A stretch of 64,000 nucleotides of DNA. Origin: a virus. Positions 38,170 through 47,465 of this stretch are shown here, in pieces. The notes under the pieces are model-generated. The model did no database searches and was not told where the DNA came from. It saw only the letters and a list, made by a program, of their open reading frames with translations. Both the position numbers and the translations under genes were made by a program. The stretch is from positions 47,970-111,969 of the IMG/VR virus record IMGVR_UViG_3300025000_000065; one strand, given 5' to 3'. The first letter of the stretch is position 1. Each line of letters starts with the position of its first letter.

Positions 38170-38625
38170 TTATAAAATTCCTTGCTGTTTGAAATAAGTT
38201 AATCCAACAGCTAAAGAATCAGATTCATCATCATTATTAATTACTACATCTTTCCATTGTTTTAAAACAGATTTTTTAACTTGTTCTTTATCTGCTTTAC
38301 CACTTCCTGTAACGGTTTTTTTTACTGTAGTTGCAGGAATATAAATTTGTTCAGACTTCCATAATAAACAATTTATTACACCAACACATCGATAGATCTG
38401 TTGGGTAACTGTCCCAAACTTGGAAAACCCCTTTTCGATAATGACTAAATCAAATTCATATCGTTTTTTTAAATTAATAAAGAAATCTGCAATTTTTTTT
38501 AATCTAATTTGTGTTAAATCTTTTGGTGAAGTGGGAACACTAAAAACTTCAATTACATTTCCCTTTTCATCAAAAATAGATCCACCAGTATTCACCAATG
38601 AAATATCTAATGCTAAAATATACAT
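38170..38625 (-). CDS. ruvC: RuvC-like Holliday junction resolvase
   Basis: ILALDISLVNTG, IIEK, VKKTVTGSGKADKEQV and DESDSLAV. Confidence 0.9.
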   Translation of the reverse strand: MYILALDISLVNTGGSIFDEKGNVIEVFSVPTSPKDLTQIRLKKIADFFINLKKRYEFDLVIIEKGFSKFGTVTQQIYRCVGVINCLLWKSEQIYIPATTVKKTVTGSGKADKEQVKKSVLKQWKDVVINNDDESDSLAVGLTYFKQQGIL

Positions 38626-38633
38626 TTTTTATA

Positions 38634-38711
38634 CTCCCATATATGCCGATATACATCACACATACCCCCATATATAGGGGTATAAAATTTCTTGACCCCC
38701 ATATGTGGGGG
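38634..38711. promoter_or_regulatory. Triple NrdR-box-like operators upstream of ruvC and the recombinase
   Basis: ctcccatatatgccga (38634), cccccatatatagggg (38665) and cccccatatgtggggg (38696); exact 31-bp period; the first box overlaps the ruvC SD. Confidence 0.65.
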
Positions 38712-38721
38712 TATAAAATCC

Positions 38722-38741
38722 AATAAAATGTGAATTTCATT
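38722..38741. repeat. AATAAAA-N6-TTTCATT palindrome variant
   Basis: AATAAAA tgtgaa TTTCATT, at the same offset from the last NrdR-like box as at 26344. Confidence 0.6.
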
Positions 38742-38746
38742 ATTTC

Positions 38747-38790
38747 TAAAAAAATAGAACACGCTCGGAGATCCGAAACGTGTTCTATAT
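38747..38790 (-). terminator. Intrinsic terminator after the holin
   Basis: Stem atagaacacg/cgtgttctat followed by a U-tract on the - strand. Confidence 0.7.
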
Positions 38791-38806
38791 CCAATGTTTT
38801 CGTCTA

Positions 38807-39115
38807 TTATGCGCTATTGTTTTTATCAACAATATGAAAAGCTTTAGTTCCTAAAACATAAGTAATTACAGTTACGACAACCATAAAATACGGAGAAGCC
38901 TGTGCAATAAGCTCCTGAGGAACAAAAGTTGTAATTGCTAAAGCCCCAATACCTAATAGAGAAGGAATGACAATCATTAAAAATTGTTTTACTTTAGCTG
39001 TTTGTGCTTGAAACCAATCCCATCTTTCAGCTAAAAATGAAACTAATAAAGCCCCACCGCCACCAGTCAACCAAATTAAAAACCCACCTAAATCTTGAAA
39101 TTTTTCTTCAGCCAT
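38807..39115 (-). CDS. Putative holin
   Basis: 102 aa, three hydrophobic segments, charged C-terminus, late region. Confidence 0.6.
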   Translation of the reverse strand: MAEEKFQDLGGFLIWLTGGGGALLVSFLAERWDWFQAQTAKVKQFLMIVIPSLLGIGALAITTFVPQELIAQASPYFMVVVTVITYVLGTKAFHIVDKNNSA

Positions 39116-39128
39116 CTTTATATTTCTC

Positions 39129-39623
39129 CTAAAATATTCTAATAAATTTTATTTTATGTTTTCTAAAAGCCTTTTCAATTATTTGATTTATTTTACCATC
39201 ATCTAATTCATCTATTAAAGGATGCCAAAAATCTCTAGGCTTTCTCCATTCTCCATCACCAAAAAGATCACCACTTTTTCCTTCAATTACAATGTACGCA
39301 AGCATATCTCTTATATCATTTTGATACCAAAATCTACTTCCATGTTGAAAGTCGTCTTCATTTAGAATTAATCTTTCTGGTTTTTCTTTTACTTCACCAA
39401 TAACTTTTCCATTTACAATTTTCGCTCTTTCTTCTTCCCATAAATCTCTAAGACCACCATTGTCCCCTAATCTTTCATAAGTGGAAGGAGAAAAAGAATT
39501 ATAAACCTTTTTATCAATGTTTTTTTTTAATAATTCTAAAATTTCATCGACAACCATATCCATGACAGATTTCATTTGACTTAATATTATAAGTTTTAAT
39601 TGGGTTTCATTTTGAATTTTCAT
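39129..39623 (-). CDS. Putative tail completion / neck protein
   Basis: VY....P..YER and PRDF motifs typical of HK97 gp10-like late proteins. Confidence 0.45.
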   Translation of the reverse strand: MKIQNETQLKLIILSQMKSVMDMVVDEILELLKKNIDKKVYNSFSPSTYERLGDNGGLRDLWEEERAKIVNGKVIGEVKEKPERLILNEDDFQHGSRFWYQNDIRDMLAYIVIEGKSGDLFGDGEWRKPRDFWHPLIDELDDGKINQIIEKAFRKHKIKFIRIF

Positions 39624-39645
39624 GTATCACCATCCTTATATTAAA

Positions 39646-39855
39646 TCATTGAAAATCTTCTTGATATCGCTCCTTATGTTTTTTATCTCTAAATATTTCT
39701 AAACATTCACATGAGGAACAAAAAATATATTTTTCTGGATATATAATTCCATCTATTTCTTTATTTTTTAAAATTAAATACGTTTCTTTTGATTCACAAT
39801 CTGAACAAGGTTTCCCCAATCGTTTCAACGTTTTATTTTTACCATGTTTAATCAT
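39646..39855 (-). CDS. Small Zn-ribbon protein
   Basis: CSDC-x25-CSSC. Confidence 0.6.
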   Translation of the reverse strand: MIKHGKNKTLKRLGKPCSDCESKETYLILKNKEIDGIIYPEKYIFCSSCECLEIFRDKKHKERYQEDFQ

Positions 39856-39858
39856 ATT

Positions 39859-40482
39859 CTACTCTAATTTTTTAGGTCTACCTGGTTTTTTCTTTGGTTC
39901 TTCCGATTTTTTTTCCAACAATCCAGGAACTCTATTATTCAATTCTTCTAAAGAACTATTGAATCCGTTTATCACATTTTTTAAATCTTCAACATCCAAA
40001 TCTTTAAAATGATCAATTAATTTTACAATAGTATCTCTAACAATATCAACACTGTCATTTATATTTTTTGATAATTCATTGAATCCGTTCATTGCTTCAT
40101 TTAAAATTTCTTCAATAGCAGATAATGACAATTGACCTTTTTGAATAAGAGAAATAACCTCATCTAAATGAAATCTAAAATTATCATAATTATCTATTCG
40201 ATCTCTTATATCTTTCCAAATATATTGTTCAACAAAATTAGAGTTAAACTCGTCTCCTATTTCAATGTTTGTTAAATCTGCAACAATGTGAGACATCAAA
40301 ACTTTTTCCGCTACAATGTATCCATCTGCAAAATGAGGATACTTATTTAGATTTTCTATGTATTCTTTAATATACTTTATTTCTTTTTCATAATCAATAA
40401 AATCTTGAATAACTATTTTTTGATTTAAAAAATAAAATATTTTTGGTTCTAATTCGGGAAAATTTATTTTTACCTTATCCAT
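39859..40482 (-). CDS. Hypothetical protein (possible tail assembly chaperone)
   Basis: Lies between tail tube and TMP genes; helical; basic C-terminus KKKPGRPKK. Confidence 0.5.
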   Translation of the reverse strand: MDKVKINFPELEPKIFYFLNQKIVIQDFIDYEKEIKYIKEYIENLNKYPHFADGYIVAEKVLMSHIVADLTNIEIGDEFNSNFVEQYIWKDIRDRIDNYDNFRFHLDEVISLIQKGQLSLSAIEEILNEAMNGFNELSKNINDSVDIVRDTIVKLIDHFKDLDVEDLKNVINGFNSSLEELNNRVPGLLEKKSEEPKKKPGRPKKLE

Positions 40483-40494
40483 TATATAAAATCC

Positions 40495-40950
40495 TTATTT
40501 TAAATTATTAAAAAAAGTAACTATCATTTCTTTATTTTCAATCACCCATTTTGTAAAACTAATAAGTGATGTTCCAATAATTGATATCACAGCACCAGGA
40601 ACAAATAAATGAGAGTTCTTATCTATAAAAGATTTGAAAACATCTCTAAAATCTAATTGAAATTTTTTTTCAGAACTTTCAAATTTTGTTTTTAATTCGT
40701 TGGTCGTATTTGATAAATCAATAATTTTTGAAGATTGATCTTTTATTTCAAATGTCATACGAGTTAGTGTATCATCAACACCTTCAATGACGCTTGTATT
40801 TTTATTAAATGCAACTTCAAGTTTTTCTAATAATACCTCCGTAATGGCACTACGTTTATCTACATCTTGAATCCAGCCTTCCATCTTTTCAACTCTCTTT
40901 GTTAAATCGTTAATTTGTTGGCAAGGATTATTATGATTTTCTGCTGTCAT
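40495..40950 (-). CDS. Coiled-coil protein with a C-terminal membrane segment
   Basis: Heptad-rich N-terminus; hydrophobic LFVPGAVISIIGTSLISF; AGGAGGAG SD. Confidence 0.6.
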   Translation of the reverse strand: MTAENHNNPCQQINDLTKRVEKMEGWIQDVDKRSAITEVLLEKLEVAFNKNTSVIEGVDDTLTRMTFEIKDQSSKIIDLSNTTNELKTKFESSEKKFQLDFRDVFKSFIDKNSHLFVPGAVISIIGTSLISFTKWVIENKEMIVTFFNNLK

Positions 40951-41045
40951 GTAATAACTCCTCCTATAAAATTTTTAGGGGAGATTAAACCCCCATATAT
41001 TGAGAGAGATTTATTTCTCTCTCAATATACATGTTATTATCAAAA

Positions 41046-42071
41046 TTATGCCGTGCCAACAGCACTGAATGTATCCGTCAAAGATCCGCTTGTAGCATCG
41101 TAATAAGTTGCAGTAAACAATGCAGCGTCTCCAGCCCCAACAGTTGCACAAGCAGAAACAATTCCGGTTGCTGCACCAATGTTGAACGTAGTACATCCAC
41201 TTGTTCTAACCCAAGATGCCGATGTAGTAATACTAGCATTTGCATAAGTTCCACCACGAATACCTAAAAGATTAGCCTGTTTAGATTTTGGTAAATCTGC
41301 TGTACTGAAAGTTAAAACCGTAGGGGTAATAGCAATACTAGAAACAGCAATAGTAGAAGTAGAAACAGGAATCCACGCTACACGATAATAGTAGTTTGGA
41401 TCGGTTGTAGTAGAAGTAACTTCTAAGGCTTTACCATCAAGGGTTTCAGTAGAAACACCATTAGCGGTCATAGCCAAACTATAATTACCGGAAATTTGAA
41501 ATCGTGGAACATGAATTTGAAGTCTTTCAACAAGACCAGTGTTATCTTTGACTTCCGCAATCAAAATTAAATCTACGATATCTGGAGCTTCAGTTGTAGA
41601 ACCAACAACATAATCAACAGTATCAGTATAAGTATAAATTGCAGTAACTTTTTGAGTTCCACCACCAGAAACTGTAATAGTCGTACTAACCGGAGTTACA
41701 GTTTGAATTGTTCCATTTGGCAGTACCACACTAACATTTCCAAGAGGAGTTTCACTTAAAGTCCCATCATCAGCAGCTAAAACTATATCTTCTTGTTTCA
41801 CACAAGTCAATGCACCATTCTCTACTGATCCTCCTGCATTTAAAGCCAAAATAGACTTTGAAAAAATAGCAGATTCAATTGAAAGTTCAACCATACGATC
41901 ATGATAGAAACTATAAAGTAATGGATTTCCAATTCCTCCACGAACATCTGTATTCTGCATAGTAATATTGAAAGCAGAATTAATGTTTGCTTTACCTATA
42001 GCTAAGGTTTCAAGAGTAGTTGGATTTCTCAATATTGCATCTGCAACACTAACTAAGAAATTATTTGCCAT
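41046..42071 (-). CDS. Major tail (tube) protein with an Ig-like C-terminus
   Basis: DVRGGIGNPL, codon bias of a highly expressed gene, position after the neck genes. Confidence 0.75.
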   Translation of the reverse strand: MANNFLVSVADAILRNPTTLETLAIGKANINSAFNITMQNTDVRGGIGNPLLYSFYHDRMVELSIESAIFSKSILALNAGGSVENGALTCVKQEDIVLAADDGTLSETPLGNVSVVLPNGTIQTVTPVSTTITVSGGGTQKVTAIYTYTDTVDYVVGSTTEAPDIVDLILIAEVKDNTGLVERLQIHVPRFQISGNYSLAMTANGVSTETLDGKALEVTSTTTDPNYYYRVAWIPVSTSTIAVSSIAITPTVLTFSTADLPKSKQANLLGIRGGTYANASITTSASWVRTSGCTTFNIGAATGIVSACATVGAGDAALFTATYYDATSGSLTDTFSAVGTA

Positions 42072-42086
42072 ATTATTATCTCCTTT

Positions 42087-42896
42087 TTATTTATTGTTTT
42101 TTAAATTATTTTCTTTCATAAGTGGATGATTATTCATAAAGTCATCTTTACTTATTAAGATTGAATCATACCTTCCCTCTTGTCCAATATGAGACATATA
42201 ATGTTTGACAATTTCTTTCCCTGTCTTTGACTTTATTTGTCCCGAAATCTCTAATGGGAATAAATTCTCATAATCAAGAAGTAACGCCAATCTTTGAAAA
42301 CTTTTTTTAAATTGATAAATTGTTATATCCTTAATGGAATCATCACAAATTGGAATTCTAGACAATGCACAAAAAGTAAGCAATTGATCTTCAAAAGTAA
42401 CTCCATCGTTTTTTCTATTCATCCAATTTAATTTTTCTTCCAAGGTTGGATCAAAATCTTCTATATATCTTACAGAACTTCCATTTTGTCTCAATATCAT
42501 TTCTCTCAAGATATCAAAATCTTCTTCATTAAATGAAATGCCATTTATTTTTATACTTAAAAGTATGGAATCAATTTCATTTTTAATAAAGTCCAATTTC
42601 TGTATCTCTAAAGAAACCTTATCGGTTTTACAAATTTTTTTAAAAAATTTTTCTAAATTTTTTTGGACTAAAGAAGAATCTTCTTTTGTTGCTAATGGAA
42701 CATAATATAAAATATATTTTAAATAACTTAATTTAATTATTTCTTTTTCTTTTATATACTCTTTTGGATAACCAAAAATTCTATAAAAAAGTTTTTCTGT
42801 TAAAAAATCACTCAATTTTATTGGATGAAATTCAATTCCCTTATATGTTTGAGGAAAACCCCAAACATCGTTTTCCTCATTATACATATATTCCAT
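42087..42896 (-). CDS. Hypothetical tail-module protein
   Basis: FDILREMILRQN and ITIYQF; located between neck and tail tube genes. Confidence 0.55.
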   Translation of the reverse strand: MEYMYNEENDVWGFPQTYKGIEFHPIKLSDFLTEKLFYRIFGYPKEYIKEKEIIKLSYLKYILYYVPLATKEDSSLVQKNLEKFFKKICKTDKVSLEIQKLDFIKNEIDSILLSIKINGISFNEEDFDILREMILRQNGSSVRYIEDFDPTLEEKLNWMNRKNDGVTFEDQLLTFCALSRIPICDDSIKDITIYQFKKSFQRLALLLDYENLFPLEISGQIKSKTGKEIVKHYMSHIGQEGRYDSILISKDDFMNNHPLMKENNLKNNK

Positions 42897-42916
42897 AATA
42901 AAATCCCGATTTTATT
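42897..42916. repeat. AATAAAA-N6-TTTTATT palindrome, copy 4
   Basis: AATAAAA tcccga TTTTATT; fills the intergenic gap. Confidence 0.7.
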
Positions 42917-43460
42917 CTAATACATAGTTACACATTGTTAATCCCTTACCTTTATATGGAGGAATTCCAATGTTAATAAATTTAGATTGTCCACCTTGAC
43001 GATAATCAAAAAATAATGTTCCGACACCATCAATTTCTTTACCATTTAAAGTTTCTATTATTTCTTGTAAAATAACCATATCTCTTGTTGTGTAATTCGA
43101 TAATGTATTTACCTTATAATGAGAATAAATTTCAAATCCAACTGTTATATAACCAAAAACATGATTAGTAGGAATTCCTTTAACTACAGAAACTCTTAAT
43201 TGAGTTGATTCAACTTGCCAAGAATCATCGTTGCCTGTGTCCATAAAAATCCTACAGTCTGTTTGTGTTTTTATTCCATCAAATATTAAAGATCCTTTTT
43301 GAACTTTTGTTAAATTTGGATGATTTGAATCTGATCTCCACGCATTAGAATCATTATAATAAAGTAATTTAAATATAGTCTCATTATTTTCAATTAAATA
43401 AGAAATAACATTATAAGAAATTAATGGGATAGACGAATAAGTATTGTAGGAATCTGTCAT
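42912..43460 (-). CDS. Putative tail terminator / neck protein
   Basis: IFKLLYY and LNGKEIDGVGTL; synteny. Confidence 0.5.
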   Translation of the reverse strand: MTDSYNTYSSIPLISYNVISYLIENNETIFKLLYYNDSNAWRSDSNHPNLTKVQKGSLIFDGIKTQTDCRIFMDTGNDDSWQVESTQLRVSVVKGIPTNHVFGYITVGFEIYSHYKVNTLSNYTTRDMVILQEIIETLNGKEIDGVGTLFFDYRQGGQSKFINIGIPPYKGKGLTMCNYVLE

Positions 43461-43472
43461 ATTTTTCCCTTT

Positions 43473-45596
43473 CTAAATCCAATAACCATGAATACGTAAC
43501 CATACATCCATTGTTCCTGCGCCACTTGCTATAATTTGATAATAAATATCTCCATTGGCATCACATGAAACAGTCATTTGAGTTGCTGTTCTTCTGTCAT
43601 TTATTTCACTTGCCTTCCACACCAGCCCTTGATTTGCTGTATTTGTTGGGTCTAAATAAATATAGCTGTCTGTTCCTGCTGACGCACTATCTCTAATGTC
43701 TACATAGACTGACACAGCCTTTACTCCGGCAGGTACACCAAAGACTGCCGATAAATCAATAAGTGTTTTTGCGGTTGTGCTGAATGAATCGCCATCCCAT
43801 GCCGTAGATGTAAGAGGAGTAGTAAGTGGTATGAATGTAGATGAACCAAAGGGCATGGTGTCCGCTACTGCTGCATGAGAATAATAAAAGTTTGATATAG
43901 CTGCATTGGACACTGTGTATGTCCCACCACCATATACAGTCACAGTAGTAACATCTGTTCCAGAATCATAACTTGAAGATAATACATAAAAATATTTTGT
44001 TGTGGTTTGATCAAATCTTACCTTAGTCCCTATAACAAACAGGTCAGTAAAATCCCCATCGTACACTTTGAATGATGATGCTGATACGTACTCAACAGTA
44101 ACAACATTTACTCCCCAGTTTAGTTCGTTCCAGGGAAATAGTGCATTTGCATATACTCTATTTCCAGTTATTGAGAGTGTATAATCTGCATTTAATACTA
44201 TTCCAACTGTGGCTGTGGTTGACACTCCAGAACTGGTTAGTTTCCACTGCGAATAAATTTGTGATAGCTCAAAAAGTCCTGCATATCCACCAGAAGATCC
44301 TGTATAGGCTAAACACTGTAAACTTAACTGTGCACCAGACCCGTACCCTCTCACTTTTACTGCTAACCTTGAAGTCATAGTTGGATCGTTGTCATACACA
44401 CCACCCTGAATAGTGACAGCATTGGGAACATCTGTATTATAACTAGATAATGGATTCACCCATACTATTTGACTTCCTGGAGTGTCTTCTGGCAGTGACC
44501 CACTAGAGTAGTCATCCGCAGTCAGGTTTACTCCATCATCATCTAGCCAAGATAAAAACGATCCAGATACATTGCCAAATTTCAATCCCACATTGTCTAA
44601 TACCGCCTTTTGTGTATCTGAATTTAGCGCATATAATCCGCTCCTGTCTAGCCATAATCCCGTACCAGAACCACTTGAGCTAGGAACAGGATCGCCTATA
44701 GATATTGCTGAATTAGTACCATTCATATTCAAAACGTTGCTAATAAACGCACCCGTACTTTTAAATTCCATAATTGGTGTATCATAAATATTTATTCTTA
44801 CTCCATTAATTGAATCGATTGTTACGTTTCCGCTTCCACTTCCATACGATCCAATGGCAACGCCCCATTCTTCAGAGGAGTAATTCCAATTCCCATTCAA
44901 ATCACCAATTCTAATAATCTCTTTTTGTTGATTATATGTTTCTCCCTGTTGAATTAATTGAATTCTCGGAGTATCATAAGCATTTAATTCAATTCTTCCA
45001 TCTCCCGATTCACCTAATTCAAGAAAAACACTACCTTCAACCCAATCATTAGCTCCACTTCCATCTAAATCTCGAACCACATTATAAACAGTGCTTCCAG
45101 AAGCTAAAGAACCAGTTCCAATATATTCTACCTGTAAAGAGGATCTCAAAACAACAGATCCTCCCACAATCATAGTTTTACCAAAATCTATAGTAGCATC
45201 AGTAGAATCTACAAAAGAAGGAATTGAACCCTGATTCTTACCAATAATTAACCATCCTCCAACTAAAGAAGCAGTATTTTCAGCAAAAATAATCGTATCT
45301 AATTCACTAAGCCAACCTTTTCTCCACAAATTAATAGAAGATCCCAAATCGTAGGTATCCGTACTTTCAGGTAAAACATTTCTTAATGTGCTATTTCCTT
45401 GAACATTTAAAGAAGCAAGTGTAACTCCTCCAGAAGCCGTACTTTTTAATATTGTTTCAGCACTTCCACTAGAAACATTATAACTAGCAACAACTCCCAT
45501 CTTGATATCTGGATAAACCCCCTGTTCCGTTAAATGACTTCCAGATAAATCAACTAAATTTAATTGTCTTGGAGTAATAGGATAAGGATTTGCCAT
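43473..45596 (-). CDS. Fibre-like virion protein (707 aa) inserted among the neck genes
   Basis: P..T.TYDLGSS..LW repeat and RIGDLNG; Ser/Gly/Thr-rich; beta-rich C-terminal domain (GVPAGVKAV...IHGYWI). Confidence 0.6.
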   Translation of the reverse strand: MANPYPITPRQLNLVDLSGSHLTEQGVYPDIKMGVVASYNVSSGSAETILKSTASGGVTLASLNVQGNSTLRNVLPESTDTYDLGSSINLWRKGWLSELDTIIFAENTASLVGGWLIIGKNQGSIPSFVDSTDATIDFGKTMIVGGSVVLRSSLQVEYIGTGSLASGSTVYNVVRDLDGSGANDWVEGSVFLELGESGDGRIELNAYDTPRIQLIQQGETYNQQKEIIRIGDLNGNWNYSSEEWGVAIGSYGSGSGNVTIDSINGVRINIYDTPIMEFKSTGAFISNVLNMNGTNSAISIGDPVPSSSGSGTGLWLDRSGLYALNSDTQKAVLDNVGLKFGNVSGSFLSWLDDDGVNLTADDYSSGSLPEDTPGSQIVWVNPLSSYNTDVPNAVTIQGGVYDNDPTMTSRLAVKVRGYGSGAQLSLQCLAYTGSSGGYAGLFELSQIYSQWKLTSSGVSTTATVGIVLNADYTLSITGNRVYANALFPWNELNWGVNVVTVEYVSASSFKVYDGDFTDLFVIGTKVRFDQTTTKYFYVLSSSYDSGTDVTTVTVYGGGTYTVSNAAISNFYYSHAAVADTMPFGSSTFIPLTTPLTSTAWDGDSFSTTAKTLIDLSAVFGVPAGVKAVSVYVDIRDSASAGTDSYIYLDPTNTANQGLVWKASEINDRRTATQMTVSCDANGDIYYQIIASGAGTMDVWLRIHGYWI

Positions 45597-45600
45597 ATTA

Positions 45601-46872
45601 TCACCATGCTCCCTTTAATTCAATACTCAGATTTTTAGTAATAGATCCACTAGAAGTAAGAGTTAATATTAATGGATAATCTAAGAACATTTCATTATTT
45701 TTTATAGAAAAATTATTTCCATCTATTTGAGTAAGAGTATATTTTGAATCAGGAACATTTTTGTCATATAGAGAAATAGAAAAAGTATCTGCTTGCAAAA
45801 CATCATTTTGATATAAACTAACAGTATAATCTTCTGTATCTCCCTCTAAAATATATCTATCACTAGGAGTTATTCTAATATCACTTTCAATGATAGCACT
45901 AGACGAAACAAGAGAAACAGTATCATATACACTTGAATTATCCTCTAAATAAGATGTAATTACACAAGAACCAGTGGATAAAATATTTACAACACCACTT
46001 CCTGAAACACTTGCAACACTACATGAACTTGTAGTATATAAAACATCTTTACTAATTATCAATTCGTTTAATGTAACCACACTTTCTAATTTAAAGCTAT
46101 CTCCAATTCCACCATAAATAGCTGAAGGAGAAGTAACCAATGAAAAGACAATTTTATTAGCATCTGCAATTCCATTTGTTAAATCATCTGTATCTTCATT
46201 CACGAGGCTTTTCCCTAAAACAAGTTCCATAACTGTCGATGTATCATTATCAACACTAGTGTTATTCAAATAATTTTTAACTCCACCTCCATAAACACGA
46301 TAGCACATCCAATTATTTTCATTTCCAAATAAGAATCTTTGATTTTCTTTTATTTTATTTGTTCTACTATTTTGTTGTGCAAATATATGAATTGTACCTT
46401 CGGGCGTAATTGGATCAGTTGTGTTATTGTTGGGAGAAGCAATCTTATAATCAATTACACATGGTTCTTCATAAATGATTCCATTTTGATCAGTCCATCG
46501 TAAAACATTATTACATCTTCTCGCTAATGCTGTTACAGTAATTGATTTTACGACATTCACATTTGTTACAATCCAATAATTACTATCAAAATAATATTTA
46601 TAACCAAGTCCAACAGTATGATCAGATTTAAATAATAATTGTTTAAAATCATCACTTAATTTCATTCCAGTATCATTTGATATTGCGGTTGTGACTCTTG
46701 CATCCACATCAACTAAAGATCCAGATGAAAAAACAGTTTCCTCTTGAATGGTATAAACATTTGGAGAGTTATAAAAATCAGCATCCAAAAAAGAATTAAA
46801 ACTGTTTCTCCACCCTGTATTTGGAGGATATGCATTTATTGGAGATCCAGATAAAAAATATTTATATGTCAT
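45601..46872 (-). CDS. Head closure-like protein with Ig-like domains
   Basis: RRCNNVLRW...YEEPC and QRFLFG; C-terminal Ig-like strands. Confidence 0.55.
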   Translation of the reverse strand: MTYKYFLSGSPINAYPPNTGWRNSFNSFLDADFYNSPNVYTIQEETVFSSGSLVDVDARVTTAISNDTGMKLSDDFKQLLFKSDHTVGLGYKYYFDSNYWIVTNVNVVKSITVTALARRCNNVLRWTDQNGIIYEEPCVIDYKIASPNNNTTDPITPEGTIHIFAQQNSRTNKIKENQRFLFGNENNWMCYRVYGGGVKNYLNNTSVDNDTSTVMELVLGKSLVNEDTDDLTNGIADANKIVFSLVTSPSAIYGGIGDSFKLESVVTLNELIISKDVLYTTSSCSVASVSGSGVVNILSTGSCVITSYLEDNSSVYDTVSLVSSSAIIESDIRITPSDRYILEGDTEDYTVSLYQNDVLQADTFSISLYDKNVPDSKYTLTQIDGNNFSIKNNEMFLDYPLILTLTSSGSITKNLSIELKGAW

Positions 46873-46882
46873 AGTTATTCTC

Positions 46883-47344
46883 CTAATATGCTGAAAAATC
46901 CTGGTCAAGCCAAGCATTCCACATATCCGCATCTTTTAATTTATAATTCATTAATTTTTGACTAATTTCAGATCTCTTACTATTGTACAACTGTTGTTTT
47001 TCCCTTAAATTTTGTGCATTAGAATGAATTTTAAAATCTCTATCTTGTATAAAATTATTCATCTGCAAAATATCTTGAACAGTTTTTTGCAGCCAAAACA
47101 ATATCATTATCTCAGCTAACAGGTTTTTATTCTTTTGAGTTAAAGTTTCAGTAAAACTTTGTGTAGTTGTAGAATATTCTAAATCTTGATCACAAACATC
47201 AAACATATCTATTGAAAAGAGTAGCCAAGGCTCTAAATAAGTATTTAAGGCTGAACTTCCAGAAGAATTATAAACCGCTGTTAATCTATAATCTTCATTT
47301 AAACTTAAAAACAAATCAAAAACATCTTCAGCAGAAGTTCCCAT
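46883..47344 (-). CDS. Head-tail adaptor-like protein
   Basis: VFDLFL....DYRL, LAEIM...WL and DFKIHSNAQNL; GGAGG SD. Confidence 0.55.
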   Translation of the reverse strand: MGTSAEDVFDLFLSLNEDYRLTAVYNSSGSSALNTYLEPWLLFSIDMFDVCDQDLEYSTTTQSFTETLTQKNKNLLAEIMILFWLQKTVQDILQMNNFIQDRDFKIHSNAQNLREKQQLYNSKRSEISQKLMNYKLKDADMWNAWLDQDFSAY

Positions 47345-47465
47345 AAAACCTCCTTTCAAAAATTTTATTTTTAAATTGAAGATGACAATTTTTGTCAATT
47401 CAATGTATTTTCTAAGTAAATAGCCCCTAATAAAGAGGCTATATATAAAAATTTAATATTTATTA

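Noticed and set aside
40990-41005. Further NrdR-like boxes (40990 cccccatatattgaga; also about 50510 and 54040)
   Set aside because: Single copies with no convincing partner 31 bp away, and the ATATAT core is common in AT-rich DNA. The 40990 copy may merit a PWM check.
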